This document shows positions 1 to 8,775 of a DNA stretch of 33,726 nucleotides, piece by piece. Below the pieces are notes generated by a model. It did not search any database, was not told where the DNA came from, and saw nothing but the letters and a program-made list of their open reading frames with translations. How positions within the stretch are numbered: position 1 is the first letter of the stretch; every line of letters starts with the position of its first letter. The position numbers and the translations under genes were made by a program. Source of the DNA: a virus (Duplodnaviria; Caudoviricetes); the IMG/VR virus record IMGVR_UViG_3300037419_000887, positions 1-33,726 of that record; one strand, given 5' to 3'.

Positions 1-2084
1 TCATACTTTCCTTTGACTTTTGGTTCGATGATTTCAGGAACTTCGTTTTCGACTTCTTCATTGTTTTCAAGACTTAAAATCTGTTCGTCCCGACTTCCGT
101 CACGATAGATTGTACATCCTTTCAGACCTAAACGATGAGCAAGATTATACACTTCCGCAACATCTTCAACGGTATAAGATGACGGGCAATTTACTGTTTT
201 TGAAATAGAAGTGTCAACATACTTTTGGAGTACCGCTTGCATTTTCACGTGATCCTCTGGTTTTAGGTCCATTGCACCGACGAACCAATTAGGAAGGTCT
301 TCACCTGGATGTTCATTCATGTAAGCTTGTGCAACTCCTGCGTACTGAACAGTGGTACCGATACGGGATAGACGATTGTATTTCATTGCAAAATGCGGTT
401 CACATCCGGTTGATACGGATCCCTCTTCATCTAACATTGAAGGAGTCATTGACCCGGTTGTTCCCGTTGGAGCGATTGTCATACATGTTCCGTTTCTGAT
501 TCCAAACTTCTCAATCAATGATTGTAGATTTTGAGGCAATGTCTTCACGAAACCTGATTGTAGAAACTTCTCTTTGTCAAAGAATGGGAAACTACCTTTT
601 TCAATAGCGAGGTCAATACTAGCTTGATAGGTTTCATCACGTTGGAATTTGATCATTTCTTCAACGATTTTGATGGATTCGTCTGTTCCGTATGGGATAC
701 GTAAGGCAATCAGTAAGTCCGCTAGTCCTAACAGCCCTAGTCCAACACGACGCTCTCCTTGTTGCCACTCTTTCATTTCTGGGTCAAAGTAGTGAGTCAC
801 GTCAATGACGTTATCTAAAAATCGGGTTGCGTTATGGATGGTCTTTTTGAATTTCTTAAAGTCAATCTTATAAACTGTACCGTAATGATCTTGTCCTACT
901 TTTTTGATCATCCGACCCCAATTGATCGCCCCTAAGTTACAAGTTGATTTATCAAGAAGTGGTTGCTCACCGCAAGGATTTGTTGCCTTTACTTCACCGA
1001 GGTAGTAGAGATTATGTTTCCGGTTTACTTCATCAATGAAGATAATACCCGGTTCAGCTGATAACCAATTACATTTTACAAGCTTGTCCCACATGTCCCT
1101 TGCTCTTACAGTTGAATGAACGATGACCGGATACCCTTTTTGTTTCCATTCGTTGATTGATCCGTTCCATTCTTCATTATATTTTTCATGAGTTGTATCA
1201 GGAAAAACAAGGTCCCACATTTCATCATTTTCGACCGCGTTCATGAATTGATCGGTGATTAAGACAGATGAGTTATTTCCTTCCATGAATCCTGGTTTTG
1301 TCTTTGCTCCGATAAAATCTTCACTATAATCCGAATGATTTTCATCACTTGTATAGTAAACGTCCGGGTGCCAATCATGAATTGTTAACATTTGAGCGCC
1401 GCGTCTATTCCCTTGATTGACCCAACTTGTAAGTGATGAGAAACGATTTCCGGTAAATACTGCTCCTGCTGATTCACCTTTTGTTGTGGAGAGTCTTGTG
1501 TATCTTGGACGTAAAACAGAAAGACAAGATCCGTTTCCTCCTCCGTGTGCCATGATCTCCGCGATACGCTGTTCGTGGTAGAAAATAGCTTGACGACTAT
1601 CCGCACCCGCTTGAGTCTTATATGGAGCTGGTAAAATATCAGATACGTAACAATTGAAAAGTGTCACTTCTGCGTCATCTCCTGCTCCTGCTAGTATCCG
1701 TCCTGATGGGATGAAATCAAAGTTTGACATCATTTCCTTGAATTCTTTTTGAACTTTCGGTCGAACATCTTCTTTTTCCACGCTTGCGATTGCTGTTGAT
1801 ACACGATCCGCGATTTCTTCATATTCGTTTTCAAGAAGGATGTCCACGAGTTCGATTCTTTGTGTGAATAATTGCCCGGTGTTTTCACCACTTGTCAAAA
1901 GGACTTGAATGTTTTTACCGTGAACAGATTCAATGACTCCCGTTTCACGGACCGGATACTTACCGTCTTTGGTCAAAACGATGACGGATGTTCCTTTAGT
2001 GAGGTGCTGCGACTTATCCTTTGCTTTCCTTGAGTAACGAGTTTGAGCTAACTTTCTATGAAAACCTTTTAATTTAACTGACAT
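1..2084 (-). CDS. nrdJ: Class II (adenosylcobalamin-dependent) ribonucleotide reductase, 3'-truncated by the window edge
   Basis: Hand translation of the minus strand from ATG 2084 (RBS GGAGG) stays open to base 3 (694 codons): MSVKLKGFHRK..., FIPSGRILAGAG, TLFNCYV, GGGNG, NRRGAQM, AEPGIIF, catalytic ATNPCGEQPL, CNLGAIN, RRVGLGLLGLAD, TIAPTGTT, SISKTVN, GLKGCTIYRDGSRDEQIL. The class II call rests on the lack of an ATP cone and a Bacillaceae NrdJ-like N-terminus. Confidence 0.88.
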   Translation of the reverse strand, partial: MSVKLKGFHRKLAQTRYSRKAKDKSQHLTKGTSVIVLTKDGKYPVRETGVIESVHGKNIQVLLTSGENTGQLFTQRIELVDILLENEYEEIADRVSTAIASVEKEDVRPKVQKEFKEMMSNFDFIPSGRILAGAGDDAEVTLFNCYVSDILPAPYKTQAGADSRQAIFYHEQRIAEIMAHGGGNGSCLSVLRPRYTRLSTTKGESAGAVFTGNRFSSLTSWVNQGNRRGAQMLTIHDWHPDVYYTSDENHSDYSEDFIGAKTKPGFMEGNNSSVLITDQFMNAVENDEMWDLVFPDTTHEKYNEEWNGSINEWKQKGYPVIVHSTVRARDMWDKLVKCNWLSAEPGIIFIDEVNRKHNLYYLGEVKATNPCGEQPLLDKSTCNLGAINWGRMIKKVGQDHYGTVYKIDFKKFKKTIHNATRFLDNVIDVTHYFDPEMKEWQQGERRVGLGLLGLADLLIALRIPYGTDESIKIVEEMIKFQRDETYQASIDLAIEKGSFPFFDKEKFLQSGFVKTLPQNLQSLIEKFGIRNGTCMTIAPTGTTGSMTPSMLDEEGSVSTGCEPHFAMKYNRLSRIGTTVQYAGVAQAYMNEHPGEDLPNWFVGAMDLKPEDHVKMQAVLQKYVDTSISKTVNCPSSYTVEDVAEVYNLAHRLGLKGCTIYRDGSRDEQILSLENNEEVENEVPEIIEPKVKGKY

Positions 2085-2104
2085 TTCTTTCTTTCCTCCG
2101 TTTT

Positions 2105-2371
2105 CTATTCTTCCTCTTCAATAAACACCACGTGATACCCGTAATCACCATACTCTTCAAGTTCATCCATTTGACGGTATAGGTCACCGATTTCGTCTTG
2201 CAAGTTTTCGATTTCCTTGTGAATATGTTTTATTTCTTTTTCAATGAAGTCGATTTCTTCTTTCTTTTTCTTTATCGCGAGTTGAAGGTCAAGCTCTTCA
2301 AGGTAATTGTCAAGATCTTCAATTTCGTTTTGGACATTTTCAATCGACATTAATATTTGCTCCCTTGTCAT
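2105..2371 (-). CDS. Small acidic coiled-coil hypothetical protein (88 aa)
   Basis: ORF track entry; start moved to ATG 2371 because AAGGAG precedes it. Heptad-like E/D/K-rich sequence; first gene of the leftward operon with nrdJ. Confidence 0.75.
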   Translation of the reverse strand: MTREQILMSIENVQNEIEDLDNYLEELDLQLAIKKKKEEIDFIEKEIKHIHKEIENLQDEIGDLYRQMDELEEYGDYGYHVVFIEEEE

Positions 2372-2401
2372 GAATGTGATCTCCTTATTTTGTTTATATA
2401 T

Positions 2402-2432
2402 CTTTATCAAGGCGAGTGTCCGTATTGCACAA
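2402..2432 (-). promoter_or_regulatory. Phage-specific promoter motif copy 1
   Basis: TTGTGCAA-N15-TGATAAAG on the minus strand, about 30 nt upstream of the 2371 start. Confidence 0.8.
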
Positions 2433-2494
2433 GGGATATGAATTGATTTTATATAATTATTAATAATTTTTTATCTATTATCAACTAACTAAAA

Positions 2495-2813
2495 GGTAGC
2501 ATTTTGACCCGATTCGGTAGCGGTAGGTAGCAGGGAAGTACAAGGGTGATAAGTGCTGTAAGTATTGATATATCTATATTTTTTATAAATTTTAAAAATA
2601 AATAAGTATATAATGTTACCTTGTTACCACTGCTACCTAATATTTATTACGCTCAGAAAATGTTGTTTATGTTTAACAAAATAAAAACAAACAAAACAAA
2701 ATTTATAAAAATAAAAAAAAGTGGTAGCGCCGGTAGCACCCCGAAAAACGTAGTCATATCAACGGTTGAAGCCACTTTCGATAGGTAGCGTTTCGGTAGC
2801 GAAAAACGGTAGC
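2495..2813. repeat. Putative replication origin copy A: GGTAGC iterons around AT-rich tracts
   Basis: Direct GGTAGC at 2495, 2516, 2526, 2723, 2732, 2784, 2795, 2808; inverted G(T/C)TACC at 2615, 2623, 2632; AT-rich spacers; 2560-2628 identical to 18751-18819. Confidence 0.75.
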
Positions 2814-2832
2814 ACTCTATTTTTGACTTCTT

Positions 2833-2864
2833 TTGTGCAATATTGCGACTATTCTTTGATATAG
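2833..2864 (+). promoter_or_regulatory. Phage-specific promoter motif copy 2
   Basis: TTGTGCAA-N16-TGATATAG upstream of RBS AGGAGG and ATG 2893. Confidence 0.8.
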
Positions 2865-2892
2865 ATGTAGGAAATAAAATAGGAGGTCTGAT

Positions 2893-3510
2893 ATGAACTA
2901 CGAAGTCATTTCAACGGGTTCAAAAGGTAATTGTGTCGTGATCGAGAATGTCATGATCGATTGCGGAATTCCGTTCAAGAAAATGAAAGAGGCGTGTTAT
3001 GAGGTCGATACATTATTACTTACCCATATCCACTCTGATCACATTAAAGAGACAACGCTCAAAAACGTCGTCACCCTGTTCCCTCATATTACGATTTATG
3101 GTAATTATGAAGTCGCTCAAGTCTTTGCTGAGTTTCCGATTCAAGTGGTCAACGCCGGCGTCCCTTTTGTTACGAAAGCTGGTCAAACTGTCACTCCATT
3201 TGAATGTCTTCATGACGTGGTATGTTATGGATATGTTTGGGAAGTAAACGGTCTTGAGGTCATTTATGCGACGGACACGTCTGACCTGAGACACGCGCCG
3301 AAAAAGAATTATGATTACTTCTTTATCGAGTCGAACCATGATGAGGTGAAACTTAGCTCATTAACGAGTCAACGTAATTTCGGATACAATGTTTTTGCTA
3401 GTGCGAAACGTCATATGTCCACTCAAAGAGCGAAAGCCTTCTATTATATGCACCGGAAGGACAAGGACTCGAAATTGATAGAGTTACATCAGTCTGCGAG
3501 GTTCTACTAA
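2893..3510 (+). CDS. Metallo-beta-lactamase-fold hydrolase (phage nuclease type)
   Basis: STGSKGN, IDCG, THIHSDH (HxHxDH), HDV, YATDT, IESNH and C-terminal LHQS motifs. Confidence 0.9.
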   Translation: MNYEVISTGSKGNCVVIENVMIDCGIPFKKMKEACYEVDTLLLTHIHSDHIKETTLKNVVTLFPHITIYGNYEVAQVFAEFPIQVVNAGVPFVTKAGQTVTPFECLHDVVCYGYVWEVNGLEVIYATDTSDLRHAPKKNYDYFFIESNHDEVKLSSLTSQRNFGYNVFASAKRHMSTQRAKAFYYMHRKDKDSKLIELHQSARFY

Positions 3511-3511
3511 T

Positions 3512-3685
3512 ATGAGAGACTGTATAAACAAAAATCAACTATTACATTATCTATATGAACAAATTGAAATCGAATGGTCACACATTGAACATGATGAGTT
3601 CCGGTTCAGAACGGAAAATAAATATTGTCGTGGAAAAGTAGAAGCATTTGAACAGATAATCAAACTAATCAATGGAGAGGAATAA
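3512..3685 (+). CDS. Hypothetical protein (57 aa, below track cut-off)
   Basis: MRDCINKNQLLHYLYEQ...KLINGEE fills the gap between two genes exactly; GAGG upstream. Confidence 0.65.
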   Translation: MRDCINKNQLLHYLYEQIEIEWSHIEHDEFRFRTENKYCRGKVEAFEQIIKLINGEE

Positions 3686-3690
3686 ACAAA

Positions 3691-4383
3691 ATGGGGAATA
3701 AATACGGGTCGTTGGAGTTCAAATGGTTAGCAGATAAAGGGGTCAACCCGCTGAATGATAGACATACTTACGCACTTGCTCAAGCGTTATTTCAAGACGT
3801 TGGAATGGTACAAGCTTGTTTCGTGGAAGGTCAAGCAGGTACCGGGAAATCTACCTTATCCGTTTTGAGTGGGATATTCCAACTGGAAAAAGGTCTTTAT
3901 GAAAAAGTGATGTATATCAAAAATGCGGAAACCATCGGTAAGGAGCTCGGATATATGCCGGGTGGAGAAGAGAAGATGTTAATTCATCAACGCCCATTTC
4001 TTGAAGCTTGTGACATGGTCCAACCTGGATATTATGAAAAGGACAAGGAGTCAAAGTTTCCACGTCTTGAAGCGACAACTCCAACTTTTATCAGAGGTAC
4101 GAATATCAAAAACACATTTTTGATTCTGGATGAAGTTCAAAGCATGTCATTACAAGAGCTGCAGGCAATCCTCACAAGGGTTCATGAGTCGACAAAGGTT
4201 GTTATCCTGTACTCTGTAAAACAAGTGGACGGGCGAGATAAGCGCATTAAAGGTAAGCTCCCGGTCGAGTGGTATGCGCAACATTTTGAAGGATTTCCGG
4301 TCACATTCCACACGCTTCACAAAGTGTATCGCGGTGCTTTTGCTCAACATAGTGATCTTATCCTTGATACAATTGATGGTTAA
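3691..4383 (+). CDS. phoH: PhoH-family ATPase
   Basis: Walker A GQAGTGKS, LGYMPG, FIRGTNI, LILDEVQ, VKQVD. Confidence 0.88.
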   Translation: MGNKYGSLEFKWLADKGVNPLNDRHTYALAQALFQDVGMVQACFVEGQAGTGKSTLSVLSGIFQLEKGLYEKVMYIKNAETIGKELGYMPGGEEKMLIHQRPFLEACDMVQPGYYEKDKESKFPRLEATTPTFIRGTNIKNTFLILDEVQSMSLQELQAILTRVHESTKVVILYSVKQVDGRDKRIKGKLPVEWYAQHFEGFPVTFHTLHKVYRGAFAQHSDLILDTIDG

Positions 4384-4476
4384 ATTGTGAAGATGAGTAA
4401 TTTTCAGACATTTGATATCATGAAGTATTTCGATTATAATGACGATATCTCGACTCGAAATATTTTTAAAATTATT

Positions 4477-4507
4477 TTGTGCAATATGAAATGATAGAGT
4501 GATAAAG
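4477..4507 (+). promoter_or_regulatory. Phage-specific promoter motif copy 3
   Basis: TTGTGCAA-N15-TGATAAAG upstream of RBS GAGGAG. Confidence 0.8.
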
Positions 4508-4535
4508 TAGTATAAAACAAATGAGGAGTGAAAAT

Positions 4536-5264
4536 GTGGATAACGCTGTTGTCGTTTATAAAGGCGGTGTTGTCCTCTTTCACAATTATGATGACATCCT
4601 CGCTTCTGCTGAAAAATTAGCAGAACATGTAAAAGGTGTCGTTGTGGATGAGGAGAATATTAAAACGTCAAAGAAGATGTTAGCTGAAATCAACAAACAA
4701 GTCAATGAATTGGAAGACGCTAGAAAAGGAATTAAAAGAGAAGTCCTCGCACCATATGAAGAATTTGAGGCGAAGGTTAAAACGATTGTCAATGTGGTGA
4801 AAGAAGCGGACGCGGTTGTTCGTAATCAAGTGAAAGAGCTTGAAGAAATCGAACGTCAAGCAAAGTATGATGAAATTGTCGCGCTTTGGAAAAGACGGAT
4901 CAACCGGTATCCTGAACTTGTGGACATGTTCACTTACCTTGATTTTATTAAGCCACAACATAGCAATAAAACAACATCAATGACTAAAGTTGAGAACGAT
5001 ATGGTCGACTGGTTGGAAGGTAGAAAGAACGATGTTGAAATGATTAAAGGTCTTGAACATTCTGATGACATTATGGTTGAATACGTAAGAACACAAAATG
5101 TATCGACTGCGATTCAAACAATTCGTGAACGTAATATGAAAAAAGAAGAGCTTACAGGTAAGAAAGAAATCAAACGCTCTGTTACCATTACCATTGATGG
5201 AGACGATCTCGGACCTGTCGAGGCGTTTATGAAATCATTAAAAATCAATTATATTATAAAATAA
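4536..5264 (+). CDS. DUF1351-like coiled-coil protein of phage recombination/replication modules
   Basis: KKMLAEINK...RKGIKREVLAPYEEFEAKVK...QVKELEE pattern; likely GTG start after GAGGAG. Confidence 0.75.
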   Translation: MDNAVVVYKGGVVLFHNYDDILASAEKLAEHVKGVVVDEENIKTSKKMLAEINKQVNELEDARKGIKREVLAPYEEFEAKVKTIVNVVKEADAVVRNQVKELEEIERQAKYDEIVALWKRRINRYPELVDMFTYLDFIKPQHSNKTTSMTKVENDMVDWLEGRKNDVEMIKGLEHSDDIMVEYVRTQNVSTAIQTIRERNMKKEELTGKKEIKRSVTITIDGDDLGPVEAFMKSLKINYIIK

Positions 5265-5277
5265 GGGGATAATTATA

Positions 5278-5904
5278 ATGAAAAAACTTGAAAATCTTGA
5301 ACTAGTAGCTGTTGAATATTCTGATAAAATGCCAAAGGTCACACTCACTTTCCTTGACGCTGATAATGGTGAAATCCGTGAAGTTAATTTCAACAAGCAT
5401 GTGTATGAGAATGACAAATTTGTACCGAATGATGAAAAAGCAGAAAAGGTTGAAGAATGGTGTCAACAATTTTTTGGTGTGACATTCGATGATCTTGCCT
5501 CTGCAATCGGTGACCGGAAAGACATCTACTGCTATGATAAATTTAATAGTATGTTTGAAATTGCTCAAATTCAAAAGTTCAGTGATGACATGTTGGGTCA
5601 AATTTTAAATGTTGACGTGACTGATGTCATTGATGACGGTAAAGCGATCAAGATTCGTTTTGATTACGATGGTGATGTTTACGAGTCAAAAATGAATTAC
5701 AGTACATTTGTTGAAGTGCGAAATGAATGGTTTGTCAATCCGCAAAAGCAGCAAAAGCAATATGATAAGTTTAAAGAAAAGTTTCATATTGATATCGCGG
5801 ATAAAGAAGAGCTTATCGGTAAGAGTGTCATGGTTGAGGTTAAGAAGGCAATGGGTAAGTACGTTTACACTGAGATCAAGCCGTTTCCCAAGAAGAAAAA
5901 ATGA
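5278..5904 (+). CDS. Probable single-stranded DNA-binding / replication accessory protein
   Basis: Beta-rich with aromatic residues and an OB-fold-like end (LIGKSVMVEVKKAMGKYVYTEIKP); follows DUF1351. Function inferred from context. Confidence 0.5.
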   Translation: MKKLENLELVAVEYSDKMPKVTLTFLDADNGEIREVNFNKHVYENDKFVPNDEKAEKVEEWCQQFFGVTFDDLASAIGDRKDIYCYDKFNSMFEIAQIQKFSDDMLGQILNVDVTDVIDDGKAIKIRFDYDGDVYESKMNYSTFVEVRNEWFVNPQKQQKQYDKFKEKFHIDIADKEELIGKSVMVEVKKAMGKYVYTEIKPFPKKKK

Positions 5905-6119
5905 TGACGAGAAAAGAACTTTTTGAAAGTAAATACTACACAAGTCATCCGATAAGTAAAATCGTTGTAGCGGTAAAGCTGCCGACCGGAGCAACTGAAA
6001 TCATCGTCAATACGGAAGACATTCAAGGTAAGTTCAATTATTATCTGAGTGCTTACAATGATGATTTGAAATTGAACAACAATCCGATGGTTGAAATAAT
6101 AGATTACATGTTTGTCTAA
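5901..6119 (+). CDS. Hypothetical phage protein
   Basis: ATGA overlap with the upstream gene; followed by a terminator. Confidence 0.75.
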   Translation: MMTRKELFESKYYTSHPISKIVVAVKLPTGATEIIVNTEDIQGKFNYYLSAYNDDLKLNNNPMVEIIDYMFV

Positions 6120-6125
6120 AACACG

Positions 6126-6158
6126 AAGAGACTCCTTTTGACGGGAGTCTCTTTATTT
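6126..6158 (+). terminator. Intrinsic terminator
   Basis: AAGAGACTCCT-tttgac-GGGAGTCTCTT followed by a T-rich tract. Confidence 0.8.
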
Positions 6159-6213
6159 ATGTCAACCTATTAAATAAATTAATAGAAAATTTTCAAACTT
6201 GCCTCAAACTCTA

Positions 6214-6242
6214 TTGTTTTATCGATTTTAAAATTATACAAT
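6214..6242 (+). promoter_or_regulatory. Host SigA-type promoter for the sigma factor gene
   Basis: TTGTTT-N17-TACAAT; no TTGTGCAA motif in this intergenic region. Confidence 0.5.
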
Positions 6243-6309
6243 TATTATAACAGATTAATTCATACAAACACACAAAATATAAAATATTATCGAGGAGAAA
6301 CCGATTAGA

Positions 6310-6984
6310 ATGAATAGTGAATTTGAACAATTATCCGATGAAGTTTGTGAACTGATTAATGAAAACGTTAAAAGCGGGTCCCGGAGTATCGCGAATAAAA
6401 ACCCCAAAGGCTCGGTCGACGAAACAGAGCTCGAGTCATGGTTGCGTTTGGAAGTTTATGAGTCTTTGCTGAAAAATCCGAATATGCGGAATGTTGCCGG
6501 TATTCGACATATTATTAATAAACGATCTATTAACTATTTCGATAAAGAAGTAGTAAAATATCATTATCGGAATAAGTCATATAATCGTCTTGTATCGGAG
6601 TCCGGTGATGGAGATGGTAACAGTGACCTCACCCTTGCCGATTCCTTCCTTGCGAAAAATCAATTCAACTTGAATGACGTCGAAACCAACATAGATTTAT
6701 ACCGATTCCTGGATTCACTGGCATTGAAAGAAAGACAAGTTGTCGAGCTTACTGCTGGGTTTACTGACTCGCTTGATGGTGTTCAACTTGCTAGAGTAAA
6801 AGAGTTGATTGATAGAAAATCAATTTGCGCTTGCGGAGTCGATACCTGTCAACACTCGATCAAAATATGGTTCACTGAAACAGAAGTAGGTAGTTGCCTT
6901 GGACTCACCCGAAGACAAGTTCAGTACATACTTGAGAAAATGCCGGATAAAGCTGAAACCTTTGGACTTGAAATGAACTATTGA
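6310..6984 (+). CDS. Phage-encoded sigma-70-family RNA polymerase sigma factor
   Basis: Region-2-like segment (DETELESWLRLEVYESL...IINKRSINYF) and region-4 HTH (FLDSLALKERQVVEL...TETEVGSCLGLTRRQVQYIL). Confidence 0.72.
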   Translation: MNSEFEQLSDEVCELINENVKSGSRSIANKNPKGSVDETELESWLRLEVYESLLKNPNMRNVAGIRHIINKRSINYFDKEVVKYHYRNKSYNRLVSESGDGDGNSDLTLADSFLAKNQFNLNDVETNIDLYRFLDSLALKERQVVELTAGFTDSLDGVQLARVKELIDRKSICACGVDTCQHSIKIWFTETEVGSCLGLTRRQVQYILEKMPDKAETFGLEMNY

Positions 6985-7017
6985 AATTATATGCTGAATA
7001 AAGGAATGATATGACTA

Positions 7018-8724
7018 ATGAATTTATCTGATACTGAAATTTTGTTCTACGACATAGAAGTGTATACACATAACTCATTTGTGGTTTTAAAAGACATCAA
7101 CAAAAACATGTGGCTGTTTGAAAACAGAAATAGGTTTTCCGGTCTGTACGACTTCATCAACGGTAAGACCCTGATCGGATTCAATAATTATTGGTACGAT
7201 GATCACATCCTTGACGCTATGCTGAACGGATGGAGTCAAAAACAAATTAAAGACCTCAACGACCGGATCATTTCTGGTCAAAAGCAAAAACCAAAACATC
7301 ACCTGAAGACACTCGATACGTTCCAACAAATTGATGTTTCAATGCCTTCTCTTAAAAAGATTGAGGGTAACATGGGTCGAATGATCCTTGAGTCCTCTGT
7401 TCCTTTTGATTTACCTCGACTGATGAATGATACCGAATTTCAAGAAGCGGTTGACTACTGTTCTTATGATGTGGACAACACGATTGAAATTTACAAAATG
7501 AGGTATGATTCCTATTTTGCACCAAAACAAAACTTAATATCAATGGTAGGAGAAAAAGGGTTGCGCTGGAATACAACAACACTTTCCGCTAATGCTCTTC
7601 TTGGTAATATGGTATTGCCGAAATGGTCCAATATCCGCTTAAACGGTTCCGACCGGGACGATCTTTCCATGCTTGAATTGGTACCGAAAGAAGTGGTCGA
7701 TCTCTGGAACAGTGGAGTAGATAAAGGAAAAGTTGTGATTGAAGAGTTTGGTTGTTCAATAGAGTTCGGGTTTGGTGGACTTCACGGAGTTCATAAAAAG
7801 ATCACTCGCGCTGAAAACTTAAAGCTTCTCGATGTTGCTTCCATGTATCCACATATCATCTTGAATATCAACGCGCTCGGTTCTGCTACTGAAAAGTACA
7901 AGTACATCCTGGAAGAGCGGATTAAAGCAAAACATTCCGGTGATAAAGTGTTATCGGACGCGCTTAAACTTATTTTGAATTCCGTTTATGGATTGCTTAA
8001 AAATCAATATTCAACGCTTTACAATCCGAAATCTGCCTTGTCCGTTTGTATCTATGGTCAAATTGCGCTCTATACATTGTGTAAGAGACTCGCTGAAAAT
8101 GGTCACACCATTATTAATATCAATACGGATGGTGTTGGTTTCATCCCTGCTCCCGGTGCTGATTATCTTGATATCTGGCATGAATGGGAAAAGGATTTCA
8201 ATCTGACACTTGAAGAGGACGCCTTTCAAACGTTTATACAGAAGGATGTAAATAATTACATCGGTGTTTTTCCAAACGGGAAACTGAAATGTAAAGGTGG
8301 AGATGTCGCGAGATATCAATATGACGCGGTTTTCAAGAATAATAGTGCTCGTATTATGGATATTGCGATTGTTGATCACCTGCTTCATGGAAAGAGTGTC
8401 ATTGATACGCTGATTGAACATCTTGATAAGCCTCATTTATATCAGTACATCATTAAAGCGGGTCACACGTATGAGGGTGTTTTTGACGCGAACGGTAATG
8501 AATATAACAAAGTCAACCGGGTCTTTCCTGCAAAGAAAGGTGAACTTTGTTTATACAAGAAACGTCCCGATGGTGGATTGGTTCGGTTCCCGGATCTTCC
8601 TGAAAGGATGTTAGTCTGGAATAAAGACTGTTCTGAAATCGAACGTTTTGAAAAACAAATTGACCTCAATCACTATATGACGGTAATCAACAAAAAGCTT
8701 GAACGATGGACTTGTGCAAATTAA
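7018..8724 (+). CDS. Family B-type DNA polymerase with 3'-5' exonuclease
   Basis: Exo I FYDIEVY, Exo II GFNNYWYDD, Exo III YCSYDVD; motif A LDVASMYP, motif B KLILNSVYG, motif C NINTDG. Confidence 0.92.
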   Translation: MNLSDTEILFYDIEVYTHNSFVVLKDINKNMWLFENRNRFSGLYDFINGKTLIGFNNYWYDDHILDAMLNGWSQKQIKDLNDRIISGQKQKPKHHLKTLDTFQQIDVSMPSLKKIEGNMGRMILESSVPFDLPRLMNDTEFQEAVDYCSYDVDNTIEIYKMRYDSYFAPKQNLISMVGEKGLRWNTTTLSANALLGNMVLPKWSNIRLNGSDRDDLSMLELVPKEVVDLWNSGVDKGKVVIEEFGCSIEFGFGGLHGVHKKITRAENLKLLDVASMYPHIILNINALGSATEKYKYILEERIKAKHSGDKVLSDALKLILNSVYGLLKNQYSTLYNPKSALSVCIYGQIALYTLCKRLAENGHTIININTDGVGFIPAPGADYLDIWHEWEKDFNLTLEEDAFQTFIQKDVNNYIGVFPNGKLKCKGGDVARYQYDAVFKNNSARIMDIAIVDHLLHGKSVIDTLIEHLDKPHLYQYIIKAGHTYEGVFDANGNEYNKVNRVFPAKKGELCLYKKRPDGGLVRFPDLPERMLVWNKDCSEIERFEKQIDLNHYMTVINKKLERWTCAN

Positions 8725-8742
8725 AACAAAAAATTGATAAAG
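8712..8742 (+). promoter_or_regulatory. Phage-specific promoter motif copy 4
   Basis: TTGTGCAA-N15-TGATAAAG overlapping the last codons of the polymerase, upstream of the primase RBS AGGAGG. Confidence 0.8.
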
Positions 8743-8775
8743 ATAATAGACGAAATGTTTCAGGAGGAAAATTGA

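Noticed and set aside
352-1606. Track ORFs 352-534 (+) and 1385-1606 (-)
   Set aside because: Both overlap the long nrdJ frame, which carries all the catalytic motifs; they are shadow ORFs.
2495-2813. GGTAGC repeats as a CRISPR-like array
   Set aside because: Units are 6 bp, irregularly spaced and in both orientations; there is no repeat-spacer pattern and no cas gene.
2893-3510. MBL protein as an Apyc1-type anti-Pycsar enzyme
   Set aside because: The fold is shared, but the motifs and the position near DUF1351/SSB fit the common replication-module MBL nuclease. It cannot be upgraded without a search.
4393-4494. 33-codon ORF and weak AAGTATTTCGA/TCGAAATATTT inverted repeat after phoH
   Set aside because: No convincing RBS, the ORF overlaps promoter motif 3, and the stem is AT-rich with a long loop.
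6228-6251. Two or three 8-mers (ttaaaatt, atacaatt) over the sigma promoter resembling the 15273 array, which could imply RHH repression of the sigma gene
   Set aside because: Too few copies in very AT-rich DNA to distinguish from chance; useful only as an extra EMSA probe.
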